Shown here piece by piece: positions 40,555-50,904 of a stretch of DNA of 64,000 nucleotides. Both the position numbers and the translations under genes were made by a program. How positions within the stretch are numbered: position 1 is the first letter of the stretch; every line of letters begins with the position of its first letter. The stretch is from IMG/VR virus record IMGVR_UViG_3300025000_000053, positions 185,854 through 249,853 of that record. One strand, written 5' to 3'. The notes beneath the pieces are model-generated. The model did no database searches. It had not been told where the DNA came from and saw only the letters and a list, made by a program, of their open reading frames with translations.

Positions 40555-42803
40555 AACTCTTTGATACTAAGAAATTTATCGAAGTGAATAACTTAAGAGA
40601 GGTAACAAATTTAATATTATTTGAAAAAGGAAATATCCCAACTGTTGATGGTTTATTATCAACAGATATATTTGGGGTATCATCTAGAGAAAGAAAAGAA
40701 ACATATGCTTATATTGATTTACACGGACATTTCTTACATCCATTTATATTTAAGACATTAAAACGAATGAATAGAAAATTTGAATCTGCTATATATGGGA
40801 ATATAAATTTTATAATTAAAGATGGTGAATTAGTTGAAGATGAAAACGGAGAAAGTGGAATAGACTTTTTATATAAAAATTGGGAAAAATTTAATTTTGA
40901 ACGAAATAATAGTATGATGCGTAATGAAAGAATTTCTGTTTTAGAATCATATAAAAAAAATGTTTTATTTACTAAGTATTGGATTGTTATGCCAGCTTTT
41001 TTTAGAGATGTGAATTTACAATTTGCAGCTGAAGGAAGAGTATCTCACCATGAGATAAATGATAAATATTCTAAGTTAATTAGGTTTGCTTCTATAATTA
41101 TTAATAACAATTTTGATTTTGTTCTAAATACAACTAAAGCAAAAATTCAAGAAACTCTTGTTGAAATCTACGATTTACTTAAAGGTAAGATAGAAAAGAA
41201 ACAAGGGTTGATTCGTAAATCATTATTAGGTAAATCAATAGATTTTGGCGTTAGGAGTGTAAATTTACAATGCACGTGATTCTTTAATTGTCGGGGAAGC
41301 CCTTTAAATCTCTTACTACCAAACTATAATAGCAATATTATAGTGGCGAAGGGTAATGCCTTAGGTATGGTAACAAGGTAAGAAATTAGGTAATCCGCAG
41401 CTAAGATTCTAATATATTAATATTATTAGAATAAAGTTCAACGACTATCTGATGACGCTACTTTTAGTAGAGTAGGAGTAGACTCACAAGTCAATTAATG
41501 GTGAGTTGAAATGGGAAACCATCAAAAAGATGAAGATATAGTCTAGTATCCTAGTGAAAACTAGGGAAGTTCATTAGAGAACTGCATAGTCTGACGAACT
41601 ATGTGAATACAACGAATTTCTGCACCAATATTCAAAGCGAATAAATCAGAAGATATGAAAGTCGATTTTTATAATTGTGGTATACCATTATCACAATGCT
41701 GTTCATTATGCACACCATATATGATAACTTGGGTGAAAAGATTCTTTCAGAGGGAATTAGAAAGACTTTATATGAAATATCCGGTTAAATTAAAAACAGA
41801 AGAGATTATTTATGTTAAATTAAAATCACCTGAGTTATTTTTTAATGATGAATATATTGAAAAGCAAATTAATAAATTTATTTCTAGTTATGGTGATAGA
41901 TTTGAAAAAATCAAATTACCTATAGATGATCCTAAATATGAAAAAAATATTTATTTAAGTTTTATTGGAAGAGAATTTATTAAAGGTGTTCCAGAAACAG
42001 AATCACCTTTAATACAAAGACCTGCTACATGGTGTGATATTTTATATCAAGCAGCAGTTGAAATTACTTCTGATAAACATGTTTATGTAACACGATATCC
42101 TGTTTTAGATTATTTCGGTACTTTTCCTAATAAAATTCATGTTTTATCAACTCATGAAACTATTCCAATGTTTGTTGGTTCTAGGGTATATGAGCACTAC
42201 CCTAAAATAGATATTAAAATGCCTAAAGAAAAAGTTTCTATTACCTTTGCTGATACAGTAACAATGTCAAACCTGTATTTAACAGGTCTTGGTGGAGACT
42301 ACGATGGTTCTTTAAATGCCCACTTATATGGTGACATATATGTGAATCTTCTTTAATTGTCGGGGAGGCTCTTAGAGCTTTTTATTATATAATAAAAAGA
42401 TTGGGTAATCCGCAGCTAAGATTCTAATATATTAATAATATATTAGAATAAAGTTCAACGACTATCCCTAGGTACTGAAATGTACAACAGGAGTAGGGCT
42501 CAAGTGAGTGGGTGAAAATCCCTTAAATCGAAATAGGAAGCACCTCCTATAAGGTGATGATATAGTCTAGTATCCTAGTGAAAGCTAGGGAAGTTCATAA
42601 GAGAACTGCATAGAATAACGACCTATGTGAATATATCGGATCAAGTATCTTTAAAGGTTTTATTTTCACAAGAAGCTAATCTTGAGGCAGATAGAATTAT
42701 GAAATCAAAAGGTCATATTCTTAATATCTATGGACAAAATATGAGAAAGACAACAAATGAAGGTGCTCATACTTTATTTATGTTAACAAAGTTTAATAAA
42801 TAA
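40545..42803 (+). CDS. rpoC: RNA polymerase beta' N-terminal subunit (probably virion RNAP), spliced from exons 40545-41260, 41615-42308, 42639-42803 (524 aa)
   Basis: GLIRKSLLGKSIDFGVRS-V-ISAP and GGDYDG-DQV are restored only after removing two group I introns. Frames checked; stop codon at 42801-42803. Confidence 0.85.
41261..41614 (+). mobile_element. Group I intron 1 (354 nt, ORF-less)
   Basis: P aattgtcgggga, Q aatccgcagc, R gttcaacgacta, S aagatatagtct. P1 gugu|a pairs with ugcac, giving a U.G pair at the splice site. Terminal G at 41614. Confidence 0.9.
42309..42638 (+). mobile_element. Group I intron 2 (330 nt, ORF-less), inside the catalytic DYDG/D motif
   Basis: P/Q/R/S elements present. 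The exon ends in U (ggt), the intron ends in G, and splicing restores DYDGD. Confidence 0.9.
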
Positions 42804-42808
42804 ATTTA

Positions 42809-42847
42809 AGATATAGATAGAATATATTAGTTTCTATCTATATCTTA
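42809..42847. terminator. Intrinsic terminator after the RNAP gene
   Basis: aagatatagatagaa..ttctatctatatctt; supports the extended gene end at 42803. Confidence 0.65.
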
Positions 42848-43005
42848 TTTATATATTATATAAGAGATATTAACGTTTTAGATATAAATATTAAAATATA
42901 TGTGAATAAATCACATATATTTTTTTTCGTATTTTTAACAATAATAGATATATATTATTTTAGTGTATGAAATTTAAATAATATAAATTTAAGGGGGATT
43001 TTATA

Positions 43006-43329
43006 ATGAAAATAACATTTGATTATTCTATGAGAGAAGCTAATTCCATTAATAATTTAATAACCGAGATTAATAATGTTAACAAAATAGCTGAAACAAA
43101 ACAGGTTGTTTTACCATTTGAAAACAAATATGCTTCATTAACTATCAACAGGGGTGAGAAAGCTATATTGATGATTAATGAAGATTTCTTTATTGATTCT
43201 TTATCATACTTAACAGTTGTTTATAATCGAATTGCACCGCTGGTTTTAGCATGGAAAAACCTTATTAAAGACATAACACCTTTTGGAAAAGAATATTACA
43301 TTAAATGGTTTCAGAAGAAAGATAAATAA
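43006..43329 (+). CDS. Hypothetical early protein
   Basis: SD aaggggg; early motif at 42951. Confidence 0.55.
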   Translation: MKITFDYSMREANSINNLITEINNVNKIAETKQVVLPFENKYASLTINRGEKAILMINEDFFIDSLSYLTVVYNRIAPLVLAWKNLIKDITPFGKEYYIKWFQKKDK

Positions 43330-43914
43330 TTTTCAGTCATTATATTTTAGTTATATTAATGAAGGTGTAATAATCCACCTTTATTTTTTATATACACAGC
43401 TGGCTTACCGCTATTTTTAATTTTATTATCTAATAATGTATAGATACCCACCACCCGTTTCATTAATTGGGAAAAAGAAATGGGGTGATTAAAAAAGATA
43501 ATGTAACAATAAATAGATATATTTATCAAAGATACCGACAATAATTTTAACTCAAATAATTTATATCTTCTATCTTAGTAAAATAACATATAGAAGGGAG
43601 GGATGCCTATATACATGACGATGTATATGGGATAACCTCTAATTATTTATGAGTTTAAATTATTATTAGGTATATGAGTTTATTTATAAAATTCGCCTAC
43701 TAAAATTTCCCCATAGACACACATGTGTATAGGCAATCTATGATGGATGGGGACACTATCGGTTTAGAATACGATGAAGAATAATTTGTTACCTATTTGT
43801 TACAATATAATTAGATAGTGTGATAATATGTGTTTATTTCATTAAATATATATGGTGAATTTATTTATAAAATAGAATAAAGCTCTGTATAAAAACAACA
43901 GAGCTTTATTCTAT

Positions 43915-44262
43915 TTATTTTTTTTCAATAAGATCAGGTATAATTTCTTCTGTTTTTACAGAAGGATTAATAATTTTTTTTCCTTTAAGTTCCTGTTCTT
44001 TATTAATCAAATTAACAGGCTTAGTACTATCATTATAGAAATCAATAGTATTATTAATATTTTCATTATCTTTATCAAAATTAATAGTGGTTAATTTTAC
44101 TTCAGTACCATCTTTAAGTACTTCAACAACATCAACCCCTTGTGTAATCATAGCAAAAATAATAGATGTTTTTTCTGTATATGGTGTTAAAATTGGACCA
44201 TATATTCCACCCTTAGCTCTAATAGGGGTTCTACTGAGAATTTTAATATTTTTAGTTTTCAT
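43915..44262 (-). CDS. Hypothetical protein
   Basis: SD ggaggc; followed by a long hairpin at about 43870-43915. Confidence 0.55.
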   Translation of the reverse strand: MKTKNIKILSRTPIRAKGGIYGPILTPYTEKTSIIFAMITQGVDVVEVLKDGTEVKLTTINFDKDNENINNTIDFYNDSTKPVNLINKEQELKGKKIINPSVKTEEIIPDLIEKK

Positions 44263-44292
44263 AATTTCTCAAGCCTCCATTTTATTCATTTA

Positions 44293-44547
44293 TTAATAAT
44301 TGGTTTCTGGGATAAAATTTTCTTTGATATGTTTTAATTTTTCTTCCATATCCTTTTCCTCATCAAATTCCGGTATTTGCTCAGCAAGTTTTTTAATTTC
44401 AGCATCGTCTTCATCCATTAATAATAGACCACTATCGTCTAAAATGGAATCACGAATATCTCCACTAATACTAGTTTCACTTACAGCTTCTGATAAAAAT
44501 TGTTCTTGTTCATTTCTACGAATAGTTCTTTTAAGACCAGATAACAT
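44293..44547 (-). CDS. Small acidic late protein (scaffold/head-protein-like)
   Basis: Late motif at 44571-44582; FLSE|AVSE|T and IKE|N motifs. Confidence 0.5.
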   Translation of the reverse strand: MLSGLKRTIRRNEQEQFLSEAVSETSISGDIRDSILDDSGLLLMDEDDAEIKKLAEQIPEFDEEKDMEEKLKHIKENFIPETNY

Positions 44548-44592
44548 AATATAAATACCCCCAATCTTTTTATTAAATTGTTTAAATGAAAA

Positions 44593-45795
44593 TTAGTTAT
44601 TCGATACAAATTTATTATAATAAAAGCGAAGAATAAATAGTAATATAGGTATTTTAATAAATGAATTAAATGAATATTCTATAAATTCATATTCTTCTAA
44701 TTGTTCTAAGTTTATATTATAAATAGAATCAATATGTTTATTAAAGTAATCCACCATTAGATTTTCAATAATAAATTCATCACTAAGTTTAATATCTGTT
44801 AATATAGCATTTAAAATATTATCTTCAATATATTCTATACCATCAGTACTAAATACTATTGAATTAACATTATCTAAAAAATATAAGAATATAGAATTAT
44901 GATTTTTAATAATTGTATTACTATATTTAATACTTAGAGGTAAATTCTTTTTATTTTTTTCTAAAAATCTATAAATTGATTTTTCATATTCTATTACAAA
45001 TGTTGAACTATCGTCCTCATTAACTAAACAAATAGTATTAAAGTTATATTTCTCATTAAATAAAATATTGTTATTAATAAAATAATTTAAATATTTATCA
45101 TAAAACTTACTACCAAGTTCATTATTAAACATAAAACAATTATATTTCTTATTAAAAAAAAATATCTTGTACTTATCAGCTATATATCTATAAATCTCAT
45201 TTAATTTAAGTATTTTATAATAATCATCTTCTCGTATTAAACATTTTTCCTGTGTTCCGATATTTCTTAACACACAGTTATATATTTCATTAATTTGATT
45301 ATTTAAATCAGTAACTAATTCACCATAAGCTGATTTTAATGTAAAAGAAATTTTATAATAATTGTTACTTTTTATTGTATCATACTTAACTTCTGTTACC
45401 ATAAATAAATAATTTTTATCTAAATAAGATATAGTAAAAAAATCATTTGGTAAGGGTTTAAGTGTATTAGGTAAAATTATAAGTTCACTATCAAAATTAG
45501 TTGTTAAACCTTCCTCTTCTTCACTTAATTCTAACATAATAGATTCTAGACCATATACAGGAAAATCATTTATCTTTTTAAACTTTAATGGGGAATTTTC
45601 TCCTAGTAAATCCTCAATATTAATAAATCCACTATCTGTAATACTATTAATATTATCAATATTATAATATGTGACAAATGTTGGATTTTTATCTAAAAAT
45701 CTAGAATATTGAGAATTCATTCTTTCTTCGTATTTAAAAATATTTTCATTAATAAAAGTCTTATCATCTATTAAATAACCCAATAAAATCACCAT
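44593..45795 (-). CDS. Virion structural protein (neck/head-tail connector-like)
   Basis: Late operon context; LKPLPNDFF-type beta-barrel pattern. Assignment is tentative. Confidence 0.4.
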   Translation of the reverse strand: MVILLGYLIDDKTFINENIFKYEERMNSQYSRFLDKNPTFVTYYNIDNINSITDSGFINIEDLLGENSPLKFKKINDFPVYGLESIMLELSEEEEGLTTNFDSELIILPNTLKPLPNDFFTISYLDKNYLFMVTEVKYDTIKSNNYYKISFTLKSAYGELVTDLNNQINEIYNCVLRNIGTQEKCLIREDDYYKILKLNEIYRYIADKYKIFFFNKKYNCFMFNNELGSKFYDKYLNYFINNNILFNEKYNFNTICLVNEDDSSTFVIEYEKSIYRFLEKNKKNLPLSIKYSNTIIKNHNSIFLYFLDNVNSIVFSTDGIEYIEDNILNAILTDIKLSDEFIIENLMVDYFNKHIDSIYNINLEQLEEYEFIEYSFNSFIKIPILLFILRFYYNKFVSNN

Positions 45796-45817
45796 CCCCC
45801 TTTATTTATATAATAAT

Positions 45818-46837
45818 TTAACTTCTTTTATATATAGTTATATAAGGTGATGTACTATGTGCTACAACTAGATAAATACTATCTGGTGAGAAAGAACATC
45901 CATTACCAGTACCTGTAGGTAATATATCCGGATCAGATAATTTAGTAAATGTATCTCCACTTCTTTTATATATAGTTATATAAGGTGATGTACTATGTGC
46001 TACAACTAGATAAATAATATCTGGTGAGAAAGAACAACCATAACCAACACCTGTGGGTAATATACTAGGATTAGCCAATTTAGTAAATGTATCACCACTT
46101 CTTTTATATATAGTTATATATGGTGATGTATTATGTGCCACAGCTAGATAATTATTATCTGGTGAGAAAGAACAACCATAACCAACACCTGTGGGTAATA
46201 TATCTGGATCAGGTAATTTAGTAAAAGTATCTCCACTTCTTTTATATATAGTTATATATGGACTATTGTTATGTCCTACAACTAAATAATTATTATCTGG
46301 TGAGAAAAAACAACCATAACCAGTACCTATAGGTAGTACACTAGGATTATCTAATTTAGTAAAAGTATCACCAGATCTTTTATATATAGTTATATATGGA
46401 CTATTTTTATGTGATATAGCTAAATAATTATTATCTGATGAAAAAGAACAATCAAAACCTTGTCCTGTAGGTAATATACTAGGATCAGGTAATTTAGTAA
46501 ATGTATCACCACTTCTTTTATATATAGTTACATATGGTGAAATATAATGTGCTACAGTTAAATAATTATTATCTGGTGAGAAAGAACAACCATAACAATA
46601 CCCTGGAGGTAATACACTTGGATCAGGTAATTTAGTAAAGGTATCACCATCTCTTTTATATATAGTTATATAAGGTGATGTATCATGTCCTACAGCCAAA
46701 TAATTATTATCTGATGAAAAAAAACTTTCATAAGCATTGTTAGTAGGTAATATACTAGGATTATCTAATTTAGTAAATATACCACCAATATTACTATTAT
46801 TTTTAAAACTACTCATTAATATTAAGTTACTTAACAT
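45818..46837 (-). CDS. Seven-bladed beta-propeller repeat protein
   Basis: Seven 46-aa repeats FTKLxDPxILPTGxGYGCSFSPDNNYLxVxHxxSPYITIYKRSGDT. Real start is probably the ATG at 46837 (SD gaaagg; late motif 46865-46876). Confidence 0.85.
   Translation of the reverse strand: MLSNLILMSSFKNNSNIGGIFTKLDNPSILPTNNAYESFFSSDNNYLAVGHDTSPYITIYKRDGDTFTKLPDPSVLPPGYCYGCSFSPDNNYLTVAHYISPYVTIYKRSGDTFTKLPDPSILPTGQGFDCSFSSDNNYLAISHKNSPYITIYKRSGDTFTKLDNPSVLPIGTGYGCFFSPDNNYLVVGHNNSPYITIYKRSGDTFTKLPDPDILPTGVGYGCSFSPDNNYLAVAHNTSPYITIYKRSGDTFTKLANPSILPTGVGYGCSFSPDIIYLVVAHSTSPYITIYKRSGDTFTKLSDPDILPTGTGNGCSFSPDSIYLVVAHSTSPYITIYKRS
45821..46780 (-). repeat. 138-bp tandem coding repeat, 7 copies
   Basis: Period read directly from recurring cttttatatatagtta at about 45963 and 46101, etc. 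Confidence 0.9.
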
Positions 46838-46950
46838 ATTAATCAACCTTTCTTTATAAGTATTTAATATAATGTTGAAAAGTATTAGAAACATAAAAAT
46901 AAATAAATCAGTATGTTAAAATAAAATACATACTGATTTATTTATTAAAT

Positions 46951-47235
46951 CTATTTATTAACTGATTTTATAATTCTTTCTTTAAATTTTTCAATTTGAT
47001 TATTTATACTTATTATTCGTGCTTCCAATAATTTAATATGTTCTCTAGGATCTCTTAATATCCAATTGGATGGAACCCAAATAAATTTTCCCCCCATTAT
47101 GTTTTTTCTTAATTCATCAGGAGCTACCCATTCATCAATATCATCTAAATAAAACCATAAACCTTTTTCTTTAGCCTCTTTAAACATAGGCTCCAAAGAT
47201 TCTAAAATAGCATCCGTACTCATTGAATTAACCAT
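46951..47235 (-). CDS. Small paralog array member 4
   Basis: EAKEKGLWFY..W..P.E..WILRDP..coiled coil. Confidence 0.65.
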   Translation of the reverse strand: MVNSMSTDAILESLEPMFKEAKEKGLWFYLDDIDEWVAPDELRKNIMGGKFIWVPSNWILRDPREHIKLLEARIISINNQIEKFKERIIKSVNK

Positions 47236-47239
47236 TTTT

Positions 47240-47533
47240 TCATCCTCCTTTATTGATATCTTTTTTAATTTTTTCTAAGCGTTTTTCAATATCATCTTTT
47301 TCCGATTCCAGTATTTCAATTAAAGTACTAGGTGAACGTAACAACCATCTAATTGAAGGATTCGAATACATTCCAGAACGATGTACAGCTTCTATCTCAC
47401 CAGGAGTAAACCAATGACCAGTTTCAGTATCATAAAAATACATTTTGTCTTTTTTAGCTTGACCAATCAAAGATTTTGAAATTTCTTTTTTCTTATGTTG
47501 CATATTATACACTTCCTTTTTATAAAAAATCAA
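47240..47533 (-). CDS. Small paralog array member 3
   Basis: QAKKDKMYFY..WFTPGE..WLLRSP. Confidence 0.65.
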   Translation of the reverse strand: MIFYKKEVYNMQHKKKEISKSLIGQAKKDKMYFYDTETGHWFTPGEIEAVHRSGMYSNPSIRWLLRSPSTLIEILESEKDDIEKRLEKIKKDINKGG

Positions 47534-47816
47534 CTATTATTCGTTTATCAGAGGGATTATCAATTAAATCTCTAACATTACTAATTATTTCTTCAATTTT
47601 TATTTTCCTAGATTCTAACCTTTTAATTAATTTTTCAGGTGATTCAAGTCTCCAATTCGTAGATTTAATAAGTTTTCTTTCTATTAAAGATTTAAATTCA
47701 GGTACGTTGTACCAACATCCATTATTAAAACCAACGAACCATAATCCATTTTTTTCAGCATCTTTAATCATTTCATTTAATATTTCTTGATTTTTGTCAT
47801 TTAACATATCAATCAC
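47520..47816 (-). CDS. Small paralog array member 2
   Basis: DAEKNGLWFV..WY..E..WRLESP; early motif at 47844. Confidence 0.65.
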   Translation of the reverse strand: MIDMLNDKNQEILNEMIKDAEKNGLWFVGFNNGCWYNVPEFKSLIERKLIKSTNWRLESPEKLIKRLESRKIKIEEIISNVRDLIDNPSDKRIIVDFL

Positions 47817-47854
47817 CCCTAAAATTTATTATTCATTATTTTAATAATATATAT

Positions 47855-48166
47855 TTAATTTTTTATATAACTTTCAATTTCATTTATCCTTAGTTTTATT
47901 ATTTCTTTTTTGTTATATAAAGAATTAAGTAATTCTATAGGATTACGTAATATCCATTTTGTTTTACACATAATATATTCAATATTATTATAATAATTTA
48001 TTATTTCACTAGGAGTGAAATAAATTTTAAAAAATTCATCATAAAATAATAACTTTTCATTACTAGCTTTATCAATTAAAGGTTCTAATAATTTAAGATA
48101 ATTAATTATTTCATCTTTACTAGAAATAGATTTATTATTAAATAAAATATTTTCATAATTGAACAT
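47855..48166 (-). CDS. Small paralog array member 1
   Basis: KASNEKLLFY..YFTPSE..WILRNP. Confidence 0.6.
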   Translation of the reverse strand: MFNYENILFNNKSISSKDEIINYLKLLEPLIDKASNEKLLFYDEFFKIYFTPSEIINYYNNIEYIMCKTKWILRNPIELLNSLYNKKEIIKLRINEIESYIKN

Positions 48167-48215
48167 ATAATCACCTCTTTATTTTTTTATTATAATTTAT
48201 TATGTTTCTTTGATT

Positions 48216-49247
48216 TCACTTAAATTTAACCTCCTTTTTAATTAAATTAATCTCATTCTTTTTAACACCATAATCTTTTCCTAAAGTATTATAATATAGC
48301 TTTATCTTATTAACGAAAGGACTTAATTCTTCAAATAGATTTTTATAAAACCATGGTTTTTTATCTTTATCTGAAAATATATTAATATCCACATTTCCTA
48401 TTATACCAGATTGAATATAAAATTTTAATACATTAACAAATCCACATCCACATACTGCCGTATATATTTTATTATTTTTTTCTTTATCAAATATATTATA
48501 ATATAAGCCTAAAACATCAAATACACCTTCAGCTATATTAATAGTAATAGTTTTAGGTGTTAATAAATCAATAGTATTAGGAATTGAATAAAACTTCCTA
48601 GTATTATCTAAATTTTTATATATACTGTATTTAAAGTATCTTTTATACTTTCCACTTGTATCTCTAAATACAATATGTTCATTTTTAGCTGATAAAAATC
48701 CCACATATTTGTTATGTAATAAACTAGCTTGTTCTTTATTAGTTGTTATAGTTTTTATATTATTATGTCTAAGAAATTCTCCAAAATTAAATACCACTTT
48801 TAATTTAATAAATTCTTCTTCAGTAATATTAATACCTAGTCTATTTTCAATATATTCTTTCTTCTCTTTTACTAATTCTTTTAATACTGATATTGGAATT
48901 TTAAAATCAAAAATATTATTTTTTATACCTAATTTCTTATTAATTTTTCCTATAGTTTCTTTATTATAAGATAATAATTTACTATTGATTTGTAAATCAT
49001 TAATCCTAAATGTTCTTAATATAGACGGAGTCAATACTCCTGATATATCACATAAGAAACAATGAAATATAATTGGTGTATTTATTTTTAATTCAATTTT
49101 TATAAAGAAATGAGCACTTGTACTGTTTTTTACACTATCACCACAAAAAGGACAACGAATCACTATTTGTGATTCGTTGATATTTTTTGAAGAAGTAACA
49201 TTAAGTAATTTATTTTTTATCTTTAATTTAAAAGAATAGTTGTCCAT
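48216..49247 (-). CDS. DNA primase (Zn-finger + TOPRIM)
   Basis: CPFCGD..CFLC zinc finger; IAEGVFD and FSDKD TOPRIM motifs. Confidence 0.8.
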   Translation of the reverse strand: MDNYSFKLKIKNKLLNVTSSKNINESQIVIRCPFCGDSVKNSTSAHFFIKIELKINTPIIFHCFLCDISGVLTPSILRTFRINDLQINSKLLSYNKETIGKINKKLGIKNNIFDFKIPISVLKELVKEKKEYIENRLGINITEEEFIKLKVVFNFGEFLRHNNIKTITTNKEQASLLHNKYVGFLSAKNEHIVFRDTSGKYKRYFKYSIYKNLDNTRKFYSIPNTIDLLTPKTITINIAEGVFDVLGLYYNIFDKEKNNKIYTAVCGCGFVNVLKFYIQSGIIGNVDINIFSDKDKKPWFYKNLFEELSPFVNKIKLYYNTLGKDYGVKKNEINLIKKEVKFK

Positions 49248-49261
49248 GTTAACATTCCTTT

Positions 49262-50812
49262 TTATAGTTGATTTAAGAAACTTAAAAATTCATCAGATAC
49301 AACATCTTGATTGACTTCAAGTTTTTCTCCAAGCTTATCTGGATGGTCATAATCAACGATTGTAAATGTTGAATTTAAAATTGTTGATAATAAATTCAAA
49401 ATTAAATTTGACTTTTTTACTTCACTAAGAGTTGAGTATTTATCTTGTATTAATGATTGATATATTGGAGTTTCTTCTAATTTATTTAAAAATTTTGTAT
49501 TTTGAATAGTACGAGTATTTAATCTTCCTTCAATATTACCACTTATAATCTGAGGAAGATATAAAGCACCCTGAATTTGTAATCTTCTTTTCAATAATAT
49601 AACAAGAGTTATATATTGCTTTCTTGTTAATAAATTTAAATCTCTATATCCACCAAAATATTTAGCATAAAAATAGTGTATTAACTGTACTTGAAATTTA
49701 TTTATCTTATGAAATTTCTTATAAAAGTTAATTTCATCTTTAGTAATTTCAACACCAATATTTTTCCTGATGTTTTTAATTGTACTTTTAATATTTACTT
49801 CAGATAATATTATCAATGACTCATCTATTTTATTAGAATTCATTTCAAATTTATCTAAACCGCTTAAACCATCTTCACCACTTTTATCTGCACTTAATTC
49901 TACTAAATTAACTTTATAATTCTTTTTAATAATAAAATATAATTGTTTCTCTAGTATAAAAGAATTGAAGTTAACAATATTTTTATTGAAAACATATTTA
50001 AACATAGTTTCAGTTATAATATTTTTTTTCAATAAACCGTTGAGATGTATTAGTGGATCAACACCGAATATTTCTTGTTGTTCCCACATTGGTTTATTTG
50101 TAGCTAAGTTTTTATTTATCTTAGCAGACACTGTCACCATTAATTTATTATAAATATTAATTCCATCACCATACAAATCAAATAAACCTTTATAAAAATT
50201 ATAGATATAATCAATATCTTTCTTAACATTATTCACATTAATATATTGAAATACTACTGGAATCATTATTTTAATAGACATTGATATCATCATCATTATT
50301 TTAGCATGTTCATTTGTTATCTCTAATGATTCACTATATTTCTTTTTATCATTACTTGTCAAATCTATATAGTAATTATCTTCAACCATTTTAATAATCT
50401 TTTCTTTCATGGTATCTGTAAATAAAATACCATATAGAAATTTAATAAAGGTTTTAGGTTTTTTAATAGGTTTACTCTTATTATCAATGAAATATTTAAG
50501 TTTAAAATATGACATTAATAACTCATTATTAATATCATAAAATTTAATAAAATAATTTAGATAATGAATTATTCCCTTTCCTTTGTCATTATCCTCAAGT
50601 TGATTAACATATGATTCTTTCTTAATAATGAAAACATTTAATGTGCTAGTACTATCCTTTTTAAAGATTTTATCAAATGGGATTATTATTATTTTCCCAT
50701 CAGATTTAATAATCTTATCTTTTTCTTCGGGCACCCACTCATCTACTCGTATTATTTCGGTAACAGAAATCATTACTAATATCCCACCCCCCCCTAATAA
50801 AAATACCTCCAC
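49262..50812 (-). CDS. Probable non-virion RNAP promoter-specificity subunit (AR9 gp226 / phiKZ gp68-like)
   Basis: About 500-aa helical protein two genes from the chaperonin, the spacing I recall for AR9 gp226 and gp228. Early motif at 50862. Inferred from context, not from alignment. Confidence 0.4.
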   Translation of the reverse strand: MEVFLLGGGGILVMISVTEIIRVDEWVPEEKDKIIKSDGKIIIIPFDKIFKKDSTSTLNVFIIKKESYVNQLEDNDKGKGIIHYLNYFIKFYDINNELLMSYFKLKYFIDNKSKPIKKPKTFIKFLYGILFTDTMKEKIIKMVEDNYYIDLTSNDKKKYSESLEITNEHAKIMMMISMSIKIMIPVVFQYINVNNVKKDIDYIYNFYKGLFDLYGDGINIYNKLMVTVSAKINKNLATNKPMWEQQEIFGVDPLIHLNGLLKKNIITETMFKYVFNKNIVNFNSFILEKQLYFIIKKNYKVNLVELSADKSGEDGLSGLDKFEMNSNKIDESLIILSEVNIKSTIKNIRKNIGVEITKDEINFYKKFHKINKFQVQLIHYFYAKYFGGYRDLNLLTRKQYITLVILLKRRLQIQGALYLPQIISGNIEGRLNTRTIQNTKFLNKLEETPIYQSLIQDKYSTLSEVKKSNLILNLLSTILNSTFTIVDYDHPDKLGEKLEVNQDVVSDEFLSFLNQL

Positions 50813-50904
50813 TAAGGTCTACTATATCTTTTACTAAATTAAAAATCTTATCTATACTTTTATAATATATACTTCATTTTATTTATACTTTATCTGGGTG
50901 GGTA

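Noticed and set aside
43356-43541. 61-aa minus-strand ORF as a real gene
   Set aside because: No convincing SD or start codon and no recognisable motif; left uncalled.
45818-46837. Propeller repeats as a CRISPR array or DGR target
   Set aside because: The repeats are contiguous in-frame coding units without unique spacers; no reverse transcriptase or template repeat is visible, and the changes are not adenine-specific.
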